A stretch of 64,000 nt of DNA from Eledone cirrhosa (lineage: Eukaryota): positions 201,438,001 through 201,502,000 of the forward strand of contig OZ024741.1 of the NCBI GenBank assembly GCA_964016885.1, read 5' to 3'. This document shows, one piece after another, positions 14,403-30,262 of this stretch. Each line of letters begins with the position of its first letter. Position 1 is the first letter of the stretch. The notes beneath the pieces were generated by a model. It did no database searches and was not told where the DNA came from. It saw nothing but the letters and a program-made list of their open reading frames with translations. Position numbers and translations under genes: made by a program.

Positions 14403-15565
14403 TCATCATCATCATAACCATCATCATCATCATTTAACGTCCACTTTTCCCTGATTGCAAGAGTTAGACGGATCCTATTCAGCACAACATCTCTCCACTT
14501 ATCACGGTCCTTCGTCATCTCCTCGGTGAGTTTCAGTGATCTGAGGTCTGCTCTCACCACCTCCGCCCATGTTTTTCGTGGTCTACCTCTACTGCGTCTT
14601 CCTTCTACTGTGATTTCTTGGCACTTCTTTACCCAGCGGTCATCCTTCATGCGCATCACATGTCCATACCACCTCAGTCTTCTCTCCTGCACACCACAAC
14701 GTATCCCTCTTATACCCAGTTTCTTTATCAACTCGTCTATGCTTGGTCGTTCACACACATTGGCATTTCACATCCAACGGAGCATACTTGCTTCATTTCT
14801 CTCCAACCGTCGTATATCCTCTGCAGTTGCTGCCTATGTCTCACTACCATGCAGCATCGCACATCTCACACAGGCATCATATAACCGTCCTTTCGTATGC
14901 AGGGAGAAACCCTTCTTTGTCAACAGAGGAAGCAGCTCCCTAAACTTCTTCCAACCCGTCTTTATTCTAGATACTATGGCCTCGGAACACCCTCTCCCAT
15001 GCTAATCTGAAGACCTAGGTACCGGAAGCTATCAACCACTTCTATAGAACCCACCTGCATTGGAAAAATGTGTCTATCACTGCAATTTCTACTGTCAACT
15101 TTCCCTGTACATCTACTGGATACGTAGTTTTCCCTACCTGTTATTTTGCCTGCTATCCTACTACATCTCTTGTGTACCCAAGATCTGCATTGCGTACATT
15201 TTATGGAATTTATGCCAGTTCCTTTCCTACATATCGAACATGGCCATTTCCCCGATGGAATTAGAGTATTGTCCTCGCTTCTACTTATCAACACTTTTGA
15301 GAGTTTAAGTATAGTGGCTTATTCTTCTCTAAGAACTTCTCTTGTAGTTGCCTCACTAAGAAGAGGCCATCTGTTGTACTTTTCCGAGGCACAAGACCAA
15401 ACTGCATCTTATCTAATTTGACCCTTTCTCTAATCAGTTGCGCTAATATTCTCTCTGCTACTTTCATAACCTGACCCATCAGCTTGATGCCCCTATAATT
15501 GCTCCTCTCTAGAGCATCCCCTTTACCTTTGTAGCAATTTATGAGAATACTGCTGCACCAGTCTT
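14403..15565 (-). mobile_element. RTE LINE 3' part
   Basis: ORFs 15288-15662 (YKGKGDALERSNYRGIKL), 14974-15294, 14366-14758 (RRLRWYGHVMR..GRPRKTW); (GAT)n tail. Confidence 0.88.
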
Positions 15566-15700
15566 TGGGCTGCAGTGTGTATTTGCAGAAACCAAATTTG
15601 GGTCTGGGACTTATTCTTAGTGCTACACTCCGAGTGTTTGATCGCATGTGCGATCTAAACATCCTTTATTGAGTAAGGGCGAGCAGCCTAGACTAGGGAA

Positions 15701-16146
<446 letters not shown>

Positions 16147-16519
16147 ACAAAAAGAGATTGATAAAATGTGTATTACAGTCACTATAAGCAATTAAATTCT
16201 TTAAAGTTGGTTCCCTAATTAGTGCCTGTAAAAAATAATCATATATAGATATATATATGAAATTCCATATAACTGCTCTGTAAATCATCTGATGTTTTTG
16301 CATTGAGCTACTTAACTTACTGGTAATAAGGTAGTAATACATTACTGCCTACCACTATTTAGGGTTTGTATAAAAAATACATATAACTGCATAAGGTTTT
16401 TGTATTTACATAACCATAAATAGTATAATTAATATTAAATATATATATATATATTTATTAAAATAACAGATTAAAGTTTTATCCTTATCGAGCCCTCTTT
16501 GGATTTTAGTCTTCACATT

Positions 16520-16564
<45 letters not shown>

Positions 16565-16658
16565 TGTGTGTGTGTGTATGTATTCACATATATGTGTTTG
16601 TATAAATGCATATATTAACACACACACACATGGGTATATATATATATATATATATATT

Positions 16659-16721
<63 letters not shown>

Positions 16722-16800
16722 GTTAAAGATGTACATCCATATATATATACTGAAATACTAGTATGTATATGAATACACACGCGTATACATATGTAGATGT

Positions 16801-17182
16801 ACCAAGTTTTTTCACTGGTCACTTTACTGTGAGTGGCCAGCTATTCTGTATGTAAACACACAGACAAACCGGTTTTTAGAGTCATACTGGTTTTTGAGGA
16901 AACACCTTTCCTCTATTCTCCAGAAAGCCAGACAAGGAATATTGGACTAGTTTCGTTGTTGTTACAACTCATCAGCAATATTTACCTATCTTCCGGCCTC
17001 TCTAGAGAATCGTAAAAGCACATATCGTTATATGCTTTTTCTATGAAAATTAGTAGTGGGCAGACTAATTTGCATAGAGTGTGAGTAAGTACCGGTTCAA
17101 CGGAGACGATAAAAACAAATAACGAAACGAAATTAAATTTCGTTTCGTTTGTAACTCACTTTTGTATGACTGACGCTTAAAC
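16801..17182 (-). mobile_element. ORF-less HHR element (retrozyme-like), diverged relative of 23787-24520
   Basis: Same order of motifs: gaaatttaatttc palindrome, ccgg, tatgcaaattag, HHR, downstream hairpins. Confidence 0.6.
16940..16980 (-). ncRNA. Minimal type I hammerhead ribozyme
   Basis: Reverse complement: tattg-CTGATGA-gttg taacaa caac-GAAA-CTAG-TC-caata; all core bases canonical. Confidence 0.85.
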
Positions 17183-17500
17183 AATTAAGTAACTAGTAAC
17201 TAAGGACAAGATAAAGACATGCAGATACACATAAGAACCAAAATAATTTAAAAACTAGACACGCACAGATAGAACAAGCAACCGACTAATGACAAGTAAA
17301 TAAACATATAAATAAACACACACTCACAAACCCAGATATAACACATGTGCAGCCCATGTACATAGCACACAGCTCACAGCTCACAAATCAAAATGATGTA
17401 GGACAGAACAAAAGGGAAACAGAAAATAACAAATTAGTCACTGAGGAGGTCACAAAATGTGTGATGAAAGAGCTTTCACAATAAACAAATAAACAACCAT
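17183..17500 (+). mobile_element. PLE 3' UTR/pLTR fragment with HHR motif (17441-17477)
   Basis: Homologous to 21245-21500; CTGAGGA-gtcaca/tgtgat-GAAA-GAGCTT-TC. Confidence 0.65.
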
Positions 17501-18119
17501 CAACATCATCGTCATGGCCCTTTGAATTACATGTGCAGCCCATATGATAGTCTTAGTTACATATTCATCATCATCATCTTCATCATCGTTATCATTTTAA
17601 TGTCTGCTTTCCCTGCTCGTAAAGGTTGGACAGGTCTACATAGACCAAGTCAGTACTAAAGCCGGACTACAGATCTCCTAAACAATTCAGGGATCTACAT
17701 CTTACTTATGTATGATTTTACATTCTATTGAGTACACAGGAGAGGTTGTCATGACTTTTACTCAACAGAGGGTCCTCCAAACCCTTTGATTGGCAAGCTT
17801 TCTACAACTGGATGCCCTTCCTATCACCAACCACTTTACAGCATGTATTGGGTGCATTTATCATGTTGATCAATAAACACTAGGGAGGCTGTTATTTCCT
17901 TAACACGACTGACAGGTCTTCCCAACCCTTTGTTTGGCAAGCTTTCTAGAACTGGATGCCCTTGCCATCACCAACAACTCCACAAGAGAACAGCAGATAG
18001 AAATGTGGGGTTGGGAGTTATGGGATATGTAGTGAAGGTAGTGAAGGGGTGTTGAGAATTGCTGTTAGTGATTGGTAGTCGAAAAGGGAATGCAGGAGTA
18101 GGTCAGACCACATTCTATG

Positions 18120-20060
18120 TTGTAGATCAAGTCTTCATCAGCACTGCATAGCGCCAGCCCTCACAGTCTTTAGTCATTTCTGTTGTGAGGTTTAGTCTTC
18201 CATGGGTCCCAGCCACCGGGGTTTCTCTGCATTTCTTTATGCAGCTGTTATCTTCCATGTGCATTACACGTCCTCACCAACACAGTCTTCTCTCTTGCAC
18301 ACTTCATTCAATGCCAAGTTTTTCTCTCAATTTTCTTCTGCTATGTTGTTCAAGCACACTGACATTACTGATCCATTGGAGCATGCTCAACTTTCTAGCC
18401 TCCACAGGTCTTTTGCAGTCAAGGCCTCTGTTTCACTGCCATGTAACATTGAAGTTCGCACACAGACGTCATACAGTTTACCTTTCACTCTGAGAGAATA
18501 GCATTTTGTTGCTAGATGTCTAAACTTCTTCCAGCTTATTCTCATGCTAGCTATCCCACTTCCAGCATATCATTTTTCACTGCTAATTTGATCGCTTAGG
18601 TAGCGAAAGCTATCAACAATTTATAGGGATCCCCACTTCCCACTGGCAGCTGAAGGAATCTGTTCCATGAGTGTTCACTTCCCCTATGCATCTGCCTCAT
18701 GTAAAGTCTACCTTTTCCGTTAACATACCTCTTACATCTTTTGTGTGCACTTTATCGAATTTCTGCCCGCCCCTTTTGACATATCGAAGAAGGCTACTTT
18801 CCAAGTGGTACACCTTCCTGTCTTCTTTTTGACTTATTAAGACTTTTGTCTTTGCTAAATTTACTTTTAGGCCTTTCAACTCTAGGTTCTTCTTCCATGA
18901 TTCAAATTCTGCCTCTTACTGATTCAGCTATGAAAACTAAGTCATCAACATATAGGAGCTCCCATGGAGTACCAGTTTTAAACTCCTCTGTGATGGCCTG
19001 AAGGACAATGATAAACAGGAGTGGACTAAGGACTGATCTCTGGTAGACCCCCACCTGCACTTCAAATTCATCACTGTACTTATTGACATAGCGTGGGACC
19101 CTGCCAAAAGCCTTCTTCAGATCTACAAATGCTTGATACAGTGGCTTACTCTTAGCTAAGTACCTCTCCTGTAGTTGTCTCATTAGAAAGGGAGCATTGA
19201 TAATAACCATACCTGGCATAAATCCAAACTGCATCTCATCTAACTTGATTCTTTCCCTAATTAGTTGTGCTATAACCTTTCAGCAACTTTCATGACTTGG
19301 TCCATCAACTAGATATCTCTGAAATTACTTCTCTCTAGTGCATCTCCAGTGGAGACATGTGGCCTAGTGGTAAGGGTATTGGACTTACGATCATAGCGTG
19401 GTTGGTTCAATTCCTGGCTTGCGTGTTGTGTTTTTGAGCAAAACACTTCATTTTACGTTGCTCCAGTATACCCAGCCAAAAATGAGTACTAGCAATAGCT
19501 GGGGATTTGACCCTGTGATGGACTGGCATCCTGTCCAGAGGGGAGTCTTGTACTCTCAGTTGCTTCACACCATGTAACCAGGATAAGCACTAGCCAAATG
19601 AGCCTTCTGGCTTAAGACAGACTTTAAACTTTTAGTGCATCTCCTTTGCCCTTCTAACAATTTACAATGATATTGCTGCACCATTGAAGTCACCAACTGT
19701 GATCATAAGATCACTGTCATCTGTCATTGAGGTAGACTGTATGAGGACCTCATAGAAAAGGTATTTTTGTTTGTCAACAAGTCCTTCTTGTGGGGCATAT
19801 GCAGTTAGTATAGTGGCTGTCTAAGTTTAATTATTCTATCACTCAGTCTGACTACCTCAATTACCTGGTCTACCCATCTCTCAATGAAGAGGATTCCTAC
19901 CCAACCCACCAAATTTGTTGCTACCCAACCAGAAGAATTTGTACTGGAGTTCCTTGCCTGTGATGAATCTGACGAAACCGTTCCTCCATCTTACTTCTTG
20001 CTCACAACACACATCTACTTCTCTCCTCTCTAGCATGTAGACAATCTCATTGCACTTACA
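18120..20060 (-). mobile_element. Multiply deleted RTE LINE
   Basis: ORF 18902-19234 QFGFMPG..FVDLKKAF..SPLLFIIVL..LLYVDDL; APE motifs near 19800-20050. Confidence 0.8.
19351..19633 (+). mobile_element. tRNA-derived SINE inserted in the RTE LINE
   Basis: A box tggcctagtgg, B box ggttcaattcc, CORE-like ttgagcaaaacactt; flanked by target duplication tagtgcatctcc (19336 and 19634). Confidence 0.8.
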
Positions 20061-20064
20061 TTAT

Positions 20065-21690
20065 ATACTTAAACTTAAACTTAAAGAACAATTAGAAGAC
20101 AGCAACCCTTAACCCTGATAATGTACTCCCGCTACGTTGATGATATAAACATCGTAGTTAAAACACCCCCACTAGAGAACAGTCAGGAATTAGAGAAAAA
20201 CACCATGGAAAGCATCCAGCAAATAGCTAACTCCATCCACCAGAGTATTAGAGTTACTATAGACTACCCAAGCAAACACCCCAACCATCGATTACCTGTA
20301 CTAGACACAGAGCTCTGGTTAGATACCATTAATAACAAAAAACAAATCCTCCATTCCCATTATGCCAAACCCATGACTTCCAAATATCTGATCCACCGAA
20401 ACCCAGCTGTTTCAGATCACACCAAAATCAACATACTGATTGCGGATTTGGTACGGGTGATGAGAAACGTGTCCTGCATGTGCAACCCCAAAGAACTAGA
20501 GAGACACATACAACACTTCATCCACTGTATGCAGTTCTCTGGTTACAATCAGAGAGATAAAATCAGAGTGTATAGAGGAGCCAGAACCAAATGGGAAAAA
20601 ATGGTAAATAATGATACAAATGGGACCTGCCCTTGTATAGGAGCAAATTTTGGAATAGAATAGAAAGAACAAGGAATAAGGTTAATTGAATAAACTCATG
20701 GTATGATAGCAATAAATACCAGAGTGTAATGTTCATCAATACAACCCCTAGAGGTGAATTAGCTTACACATTTAGAAGGGCCCTAGATAAATTTAAACTT
20801 AATATTAAGATAGCAGAAAGACCAGGTACCTCCATAAAAACACTTATTACTAATACATACCCTTTTCAAAGACCTCCCTGTATAGATAAGAAATGCATAA
20901 TCTGTAAACTAAGCCCCCATATTAACTGTAAAACTAGAAATGTAGTATATAGCATAAGATGTACTGAAGGACAATGTAAAGATAAGAATATAGTGTACAT
21001 AGGTGAGACAGATGGTAGTATAGGAGAACGGCGAGAGCTTCAAGATAAAAAAGAATCATCAATACTACACCAACATGCTAAAATAGAACATAAGGGCAAA
21101 TTAGAGAACATAGAAATAAAAATAGAATCTACACACAGAAAAGACGCAATGTTTAGACAAATCACAGAGGCAATAAACATAAATGAACTCCAACCAAAAT
21201 TAAATAGAAAACATGAGTGGAATAGCAACATCACAACTTACAATTAAGGACAAAATGAAAACACACAAACACATAGAACAAACAACCAACCAGTAACATG
21301 TAAATAAACAAATAAATAAACAAATAAAAACACACACAGACACCCGGATGTAACACATGCGCAAACTAAGCACACAACACACACAAAATCAAGATGACGT
21401 AGGACAGAACAAAGGAGAGGCACAAAACAAAAAAAAGAATCCCCATTCACTGAAGAGGTCACAGAATGTGTGACGAAAGAACTTTGAAAATATATGAACA
21501 ACCGTCCGGTTGTGGAACCAACCAACCAACCGGAAATTTATAAATTCTTAAATTTATAAATTTAATTTATAATAAATTGGAGTGATACAACTGTGTGTTT
21601 CTTATTGGCAACATGACCCTCCCAAAGTATAAAAATATCGGTTTCAACACACGTTTTCTAATAAAGAATCTTGCTAAAGAAATTCAGAAA
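20065..21690 (+). mobile_element. 5'-truncated PLE (RT YVDD, thumb, Cys/His GIY-YIG EN, HHR motif at 21450-21487)
   Basis: ORF 20121 YSRYVDDI..LPVLD..HYAKPM; ORF 20729 CIIC..NCKTRNVVYSIRC..YIGET..H...H..RQITEA..LNRKHEW. Confidence 0.88.
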
Positions 21691-21694
21691 CGAA

Positions 21695-23163
<1,469 letters not shown>

Positions 23164-23289
23164 GAGTTAAACAAGATTCAATGAGTACATCAAAGAATGA
23201 GTTTTACAGTAGATTGGAAGCACTCTACTGCGTAGTTATTAATATTAATTCAAATATTAACAAAATAGATATTCTTGGGATGAATAAAA

Positions 23290-23352
23290 TTTTATTATAC
23301 ATATTTCACAGGTACTGAATTAAGTTCAACGGTACGTCCTCATCAGATAAAA
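23290..23352 (-). ncRNA. Type I hammerhead ribozyme motif in a pLTR-like fragment (about 23160-23780)
   Basis: Reverse complement: ttttat-CTGATGA-stem II with tgaac/ttca hairpin-GAAA-TATGTA-TA-ataaaa. Confidence 0.7.
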
Positions 23353-23974
23353 TAAAATGATACATGACATACCCTGACATGTTAGATGGTTAAGATTTAA
23401 TCAAGGTAGTGATTAACTTATGATAAAACTCAATATTTATACCCTAATATTGAGAACATGTGAAAACGTAATAGAATCAATAGAGAGGGTGTGAGTAAGA
23501 AAAACATTGCCTTAATGCAACAGTTATAGAGTTTTTAAAATTTGAAATACTACTCTACAACTATAGAGGAAGACGTATCTGGAGTTATAATTTATTTAGT
23601 ATTTAGCTTGAGAAGCCAACTGACAGATAATTAAAGAGAGGGAGAGACAAAGGGGAGTAATTTATGCTCAAATTTCTTTACACACACATAAACATATATA
23701 GCTTTGGCGGTTAAATTTCAAAATATTTAATTTATGTTATTTCAGGGTAAAGAATCAAAATTTATGTTATTTCAGGGTAATATCATCGTATACATTTAAG
23801 TAAGTGCCGTACTAAGAGTGAGAAATGAAATTTCGTTTCATTCTATTCCATTTATCGTTTTCGGTGCGCCCGGCCGACTGAACTCACTCGATATGCAAAT
23901 TAGGCTGCTCAGCCGTTAATATGCATAAGGAAAGTATATACTTTCAGACGTTCAACCATCTGGCAGGAAGGTAT

Positions 23975-24017
23975 ACGATGCTGACGAGAGCTAATAAGCT
24001 TGAAACTAGTACATCGT
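23975..24017 (+). ncRNA. Minimal type I hammerhead ribozyme
   Basis: acgatg-CTGACGA-gagc taataa gctt-GAAA-CTAG-TA-catcgt. Confidence 0.88.
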
Positions 24018-24421
24018 TCCTGTGTCAGTGTTGAACAAAAAGGTGACGTGGTTGCCTAAACACTGTACGGCGTAATTCGGGCTGTTTGTTTGTTTACAAA
24101 CAAACAAACCGAGCATTATAATAAATGTTCGGTAAACCAATACGTGCATATATATATGTGTGCATGTAGTGTATATATATACATACTTCTGTACGTCTTT
24201 ATACATATATGTATGTACGTATACATACATACATACTTACATTTAAGTAAGTGACGTACTAAGAGTGAGAAATGAAATTTCGTTTCATTCTATTCCATTT
24301 ATCGTTTTCGGTGCGCCCGGCCGACTGAATTCACTCGATATGCAAATTAGGCTGCTCAGCCGTTAATATGCATACGGAAAATATCTACTTTCAGACGTTC
24401 AGCCATCTGGCAGGAAGGTAT

Positions 24422-24464
24422 ACGATGCTGACGATAGCTAATAAGCTTGAAACTAGTACATCGT
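24422..24464 (+). ncRNA. Minimal type I hammerhead ribozyme, second tandem copy
   Basis: acgatg-CTGACGA-tagc taataa gctt-GAAA-CTAG-TA-catcgt. Confidence 0.85.
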
Positions 24465-24549
24465 TCCTGTGTCAGTGTTGAACAAAAGGTGACGTGGTTG
24501 CCTAAACACTGTACGGCGTACACACACACACACACACACATACACACAC

Positions 24550-24607
<58 letters not shown>

Positions 24608-24660
24608 TAATAAAATCAATGAATAAAAACTAAGAAACAGTTCCTTATATTAAAAAATTC

Positions 24661-24794
24661 ATAATTTTACGATCGTTTCTAAGATATATATGTGTGTGTA
24701 GGTATGTATATCATATAGATCTATGTAAAACATTTACAAACTATCAGAGGGAATATACATACCTACAAATATATATGCTGTCTTCAGAAATAAT
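24661..24794 (-). ncRNA. Hammerhead motif with ~100-nt stem II (left arm)
   Basis: Reverse complement of the 26833-26966 motif: CTGAAGA...GAAA-CGATCG-TA. Confidence 0.6.
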
Positions 24795-26672
24795 GATATT
24801 TGTTTATTGAAAAAAACCAACAAAGATTTAATATAATAGGTCTGTTTGCGAACAGGTTTTGAATTGACCAATAGAAAAGTAGTAAGTGGTCAAGTTGATA
24901 GAATAGTAGTAGTAGAAATTTAATTTAGGGGTAGAGGAATGCAGACTTCAGTTTTGAATGGAAAGAATATTTTGAATGAAAAGATTACTTTGGGGATGAA
25001 AAGAGGTCAAGCCGGTGAAAGGTACACGAAAATTTGATGTTATTAAAGAATAATGCTAATGTTAAAATTGAAGGAGAATAAAATTTTAGGATAAATGTAT
25101 TAGTGAGAAATATCAATCTTATTTAAAACATAAGGAATTTAGATCTATAAAAAGAAATTAAATTAACTTAATTGATAGGTGTATTTATAGGGATAAATTT
25201 ATATTAATTCATATAGATGTGATAACTAAGAGTTAGATGTTATTAAAGAATGTTGTTAAAAACGAACGAAAAAAATGTTGGGGGGGGGGGGATAAAAGTA
25301 TTAGTGAGAAATAACAAACTTATATAGACTACAAGGAATTTAGATTCTTAACAGGAAATTAAAATAGTTTATATGTATACTTATAGGTATTAATCTTAGG
25401 AAAAGATAGCTGTAAAAGGGAAATAAAATTATGAAGTTCTCAGTAGTAAAATACTAATTATAGGTTAACTAAATAAAAAAAAAACAAATTATAATAATAT
25501 GTAAAATATAAGTGTATATTAATTAGGTTTATAATATTTGAAGGTTCTTCTAATTCCATGATTGCACGATATAATTAATTCCTGTCGCTTATTTAATAGC
25601 ATATCCTTAGATTTCATTATTTCAAAAAGTTCCTGGGAACATAATCTACACTCATATCTGTTATTTTGATAAGGGGTGGCCTTTTGAGCACACTCCAGGT
25701 CAGGTTATAATCGATATTCTTTTTTCTATAAATATTAATTATTTCAGCCAAGGATGTTGCATTAGCTAATGTGGCATTTTTAAAACTGTGTTTGTGGGTA
25801 TTAAATCTTACTTTAAATTGGTTAGAAGTAGCTCCTATATAAGTTGAGTCCTTAGTGCTAATTTTACATTTATATACTATGTTATTAATAAGGCAATTTC
25901 CAAGAATTAATTATATCGTGCAATCATAGAATTAGAAGAACTTTCAAATATTATAAACCTAATTAATATACACTTATATTTTACAAATTATTATAATTAG
26001 TTTTTTTTTTTTATTTAGTTAACCTATAATTATGATTTTACTACTGAGAACTTCATAATTTTATTTCCCTAAAATTAATACCTATAAGAATACATATAAA
26101 CTATTTTAATTTCCTGTTATGAATCTAAATTCCTTGTAGTCTATATAAGTTTGTTATTTCTCACTAATATATTTATACCCCAAAAAAAATGTTTCCTTCT
26201 TTTTAACAACATTCTTTAATAACATCTAACTCTTAGTTATCACATCTTTATGAATTAATATAAATTTATCCCTATAAATATGCCTATCAATTAAATTAAT
26301 TTAATTTCTTTTTATAGATCTAAATTCCTTATGTTTTAAATAAGATTGGTATTTCTCACTAACACATTTATCCTAAAATGTTATTCTCCTTCGATTTTAA
26401 CATTAGCATTATTCTTTAATAACATCAAATTTTCGTGTACCTTTCACCGGCTTGACCTCTTTTCATCCCCAAAGTAATCTTTTCATTTAAAATATTCTTT
26501 CCATTCAAAACTGAAGTCTGCATTCCTCTACCCCTAAATTAAATTTCTACTACTACTATTCTATCAACTTGACCACTTACTACTTTTCTATTGGTCAATT
26601 CAAAACCTGTTCCCAAACAGACCTATTATATTAAATCTTTGTTGTTTTTTTTTCAATAAACAAATATCATTA

Positions 26673-26835
26673 GAGGGTCGGACGCCATGCTTTCCAGCAT
26701 AGTTACGTCCCTTTACGATCTGAGTTCAAATCCCGCCGAGGTTAACTTTGCCCTTCATCCTTACGGGGTCGATAAAATAAAGTACCAATAATGAACTGAG
26801 TAATTGCTTGCCTTGTGCCTAAAGTAGAAACAATT
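26673..26835 (+). mobile_element. Cephalopod tRNA-derived SINE (5'-truncated)
   Basis: gagttcaaatcccgccgaggttaactttgcccttcatcc..gtcgataaaataaagtacc..gtagaaacaatt; absent from the other IR arm. Confidence 0.85.
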
Positions 26836-26966
26836 ATTTCTGAAGACAGCATATATATGTGTAGGTATGTATATTCCCTCTGATAGATTGTAAAATTTTT
26901 ACATAGATCTATATGATATACATACCAACACACACATATATATCCTAGAAACGATCGTAAAATGAT
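26833..26966 (+). ncRNA. Hammerhead motif with ~100-nt stem II
   Basis: attattt-CTGAAGA-(atatatatgtgt..ggtatgtata / tatacatacc..acacatatatat)-GAAA-C-GATC-G-TA-aaatgat. Confidence 0.65.
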
Positions 26967-27150
26967 GAATTTTTTAATATAAGGAACTGTCTCTTTGTTT
27001 TTATTCCTTGTTTTTATTAATTTATCTTGACTCTGTTTTCCTGTGATTTTCATCGAAAAAAATGTTGAATACATCTCTTTTCATGATATTTGGATTACAT
27101 TGAGTTCTTCATACAGATTGGACACTACCGTATATTTTGGTAGATTTATC

Positions 27151-27212
<62 letters not shown>

Positions 27213-27215
27213 CAC

Positions 27216-27304
<89 letters not shown>

Positions 27305-27331
27305 AATAGGAAATGTATCTATATATATATT

Positions 27332-27383
<52 letters not shown>

Positions 27384-27504
27384 TAGTTCACCATACCGAG
27401 AACAATTTTTTCACCTTAGCGGATCCTCAGCTCGTAATGGACATGGTTATACGGAACAGGAAGGACAACCATACGAACGCGCATGCGCGGAAATATACCA
27501 ATAG

Positions 27505-27578
<74 letters not shown>

Positions 27579-27581
<3 letters not shown>

Positions 27582-28506
27582 AATAGGAAATGTATCATTT
27601 GTAAGGTGAACCCCCGGATAAACTGTAAAACTAGAAACGTAGTCTATAGCATAAGATGTACAGAGGGTACTTGCAGAAACATGACAACAACATACATAGG
27701 TGAGACAGCTCGTAGCATAGGTGAAAGGATAGACCAACACTGGGGGGAACTAAAAGGACGAAAAAACGGGTCACTACTATACGAACATGCTAGACAACAA
27801 CATGACGGTAACATAGACAACATAGAAATTAGAATAATATCTAAACATAGGAATGACCCAGCAGATAGGCAAATCAGAGAGGCCAGTGAAATAGAAATTA
27901 GAAGACCAAAGCTAAACAGAAAGAATGAGTGGAACAACAACAACACCCAAACAAACAACACTGACCTAAGAGAAGTATAAATAAGTAAATAAAATTAAAT
28001 AAAATAAGATAAATAAATACATACACAAGCACATAAACACACACTAGTCACCCAGCAGACACAACACTATACACACTAGTCACACATCACACATAACACT
28101 ATACACACACGCAAACGCATGCGCAAAGAAGACAAAATAAAATAAGATAAACAAACAAGCAAATAAATAAATAAATATATAGACAGACTGAACAAAAAAA
28201 AAAAAAAAAAAAATGGCGTAGACATACAACACAACAGGAGGAACAATGAATATAACACCACTGACGATGTTGCAGATGTGCAACGAAAGATTTATGTAAA
28301 TTATGTAAACTATATATATGTGTTTGTGTCTATATTGTATCTGTATTATTTTTGACCGCCGGTCAGTCAATGGCAACATTGAGGACCGAGTAAGTTAGAT
28401 CGCAGATATATATAAAAGACAGCGAGAAGCGAAAACCAACCAAACAGTGAGTGTGTTCTGTTATTAATTCTGGCAATATTACGCAAATATGACCCTCCCC
28501 AAATAT

Positions 28507-28510
<4 letters not shown>
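27579..28510 (+). mobile_element. PLE EN C-terminus plus 3' region (same family as 20065-21690); degenerate HHR at 28261-28295
   Basis: ORF 27483 KCIICK..NCKTRNVVYSIRC..YIGETARSIGER..LNRKNEW; shared atgaccctccc near the end. Confidence 0.85.
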
Positions 28511-28600
<90 letters not shown>

Positions 28601-28601
<1 letters not shown>

Positions 28602-29135
28602 TAGTTCACCATACCGAGAACAATTTTTTCACCTTAGCGGATCCTCAGCTCGTAATGGACATGGTTATACGGAACAGGAAGGACAACCATACGAACGCGC
28701 ATGCGCGGAAACCGTCACTTCACACAGGCAATACTAAAAAGCGTGCGAGAGGTGTAAGGGAGATAAGTCCGAAAAGTTTCTGGTTGATAAGAAAATTAGA
28801 ATGTTGTTGTGATTCAATCCGGAGCTTTGTAGTTATGTAAGAGGTGTTTCGAGACGTGTGGACAACGTGTGAAGAATTCATTTCTCGTGTTTAGGCAATC
28901 ACTATTGCATAATCTCTTTAGAATATTTATTCGTTCATCAATACATAGTCCACACGACGGATTTCCCCTTGCGTATGGCTTGGACTTAGTGATGGCTTTC
29001 CATTGAATGGAGTAGTCTATACTTGAGTCCTTGAGGGACCATACGTGGATCGCGAGTTTCGTTGATGAACGTCTGTCCGGGTATCTAAAGGTCGAATAGT
29101 GATTCAGGAAGCGTTCCTTAAATCGGCCCTCCGCC
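28601..29135 (-). mobile_element. PLE EN C-terminus plus short 3' region with HHR (28612-28654; duplicate at 27394-27436)
   Basis: [41 protein letters not shown]; cgag-CTGAGGA..GAAA-AAATTG-TT-ctcg. Confidence 0.8.
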
Positions 29136-29136
29136 A

Positions 29137-30262
<1,126 letters not shown>

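Larger units (their letters stand above)
23787..24520 (+). mobile_element. Tandem ORF-less HHR repeat, 447-bp period (retrozyme candidate)
   Basis: Unit starts at 23791 and 24238; about 1.6 near-identical copies; one HHR per unit. Confidence 0.75.
24603..27150. mobile_element. Divergent inverted PLE pair (EN fragment 25540-25905 on minus; arms about 1 kb)
   Basis: Minus translation CLINNIVYKCKI..YIGATSNQFKVRFNTH..CRLC; 24603-25580 inverts 25904-27025; HHR in each arm. Confidence 0.85.

Noticed and set aside
19351-19420. tRNA-like sequences with A and B boxes (also 43.5, 43.8, 50.0, 53.3 and 59.4 kb)
   Set aside because: SINE heads continuing into SINE bodies; no complete cloverleaf
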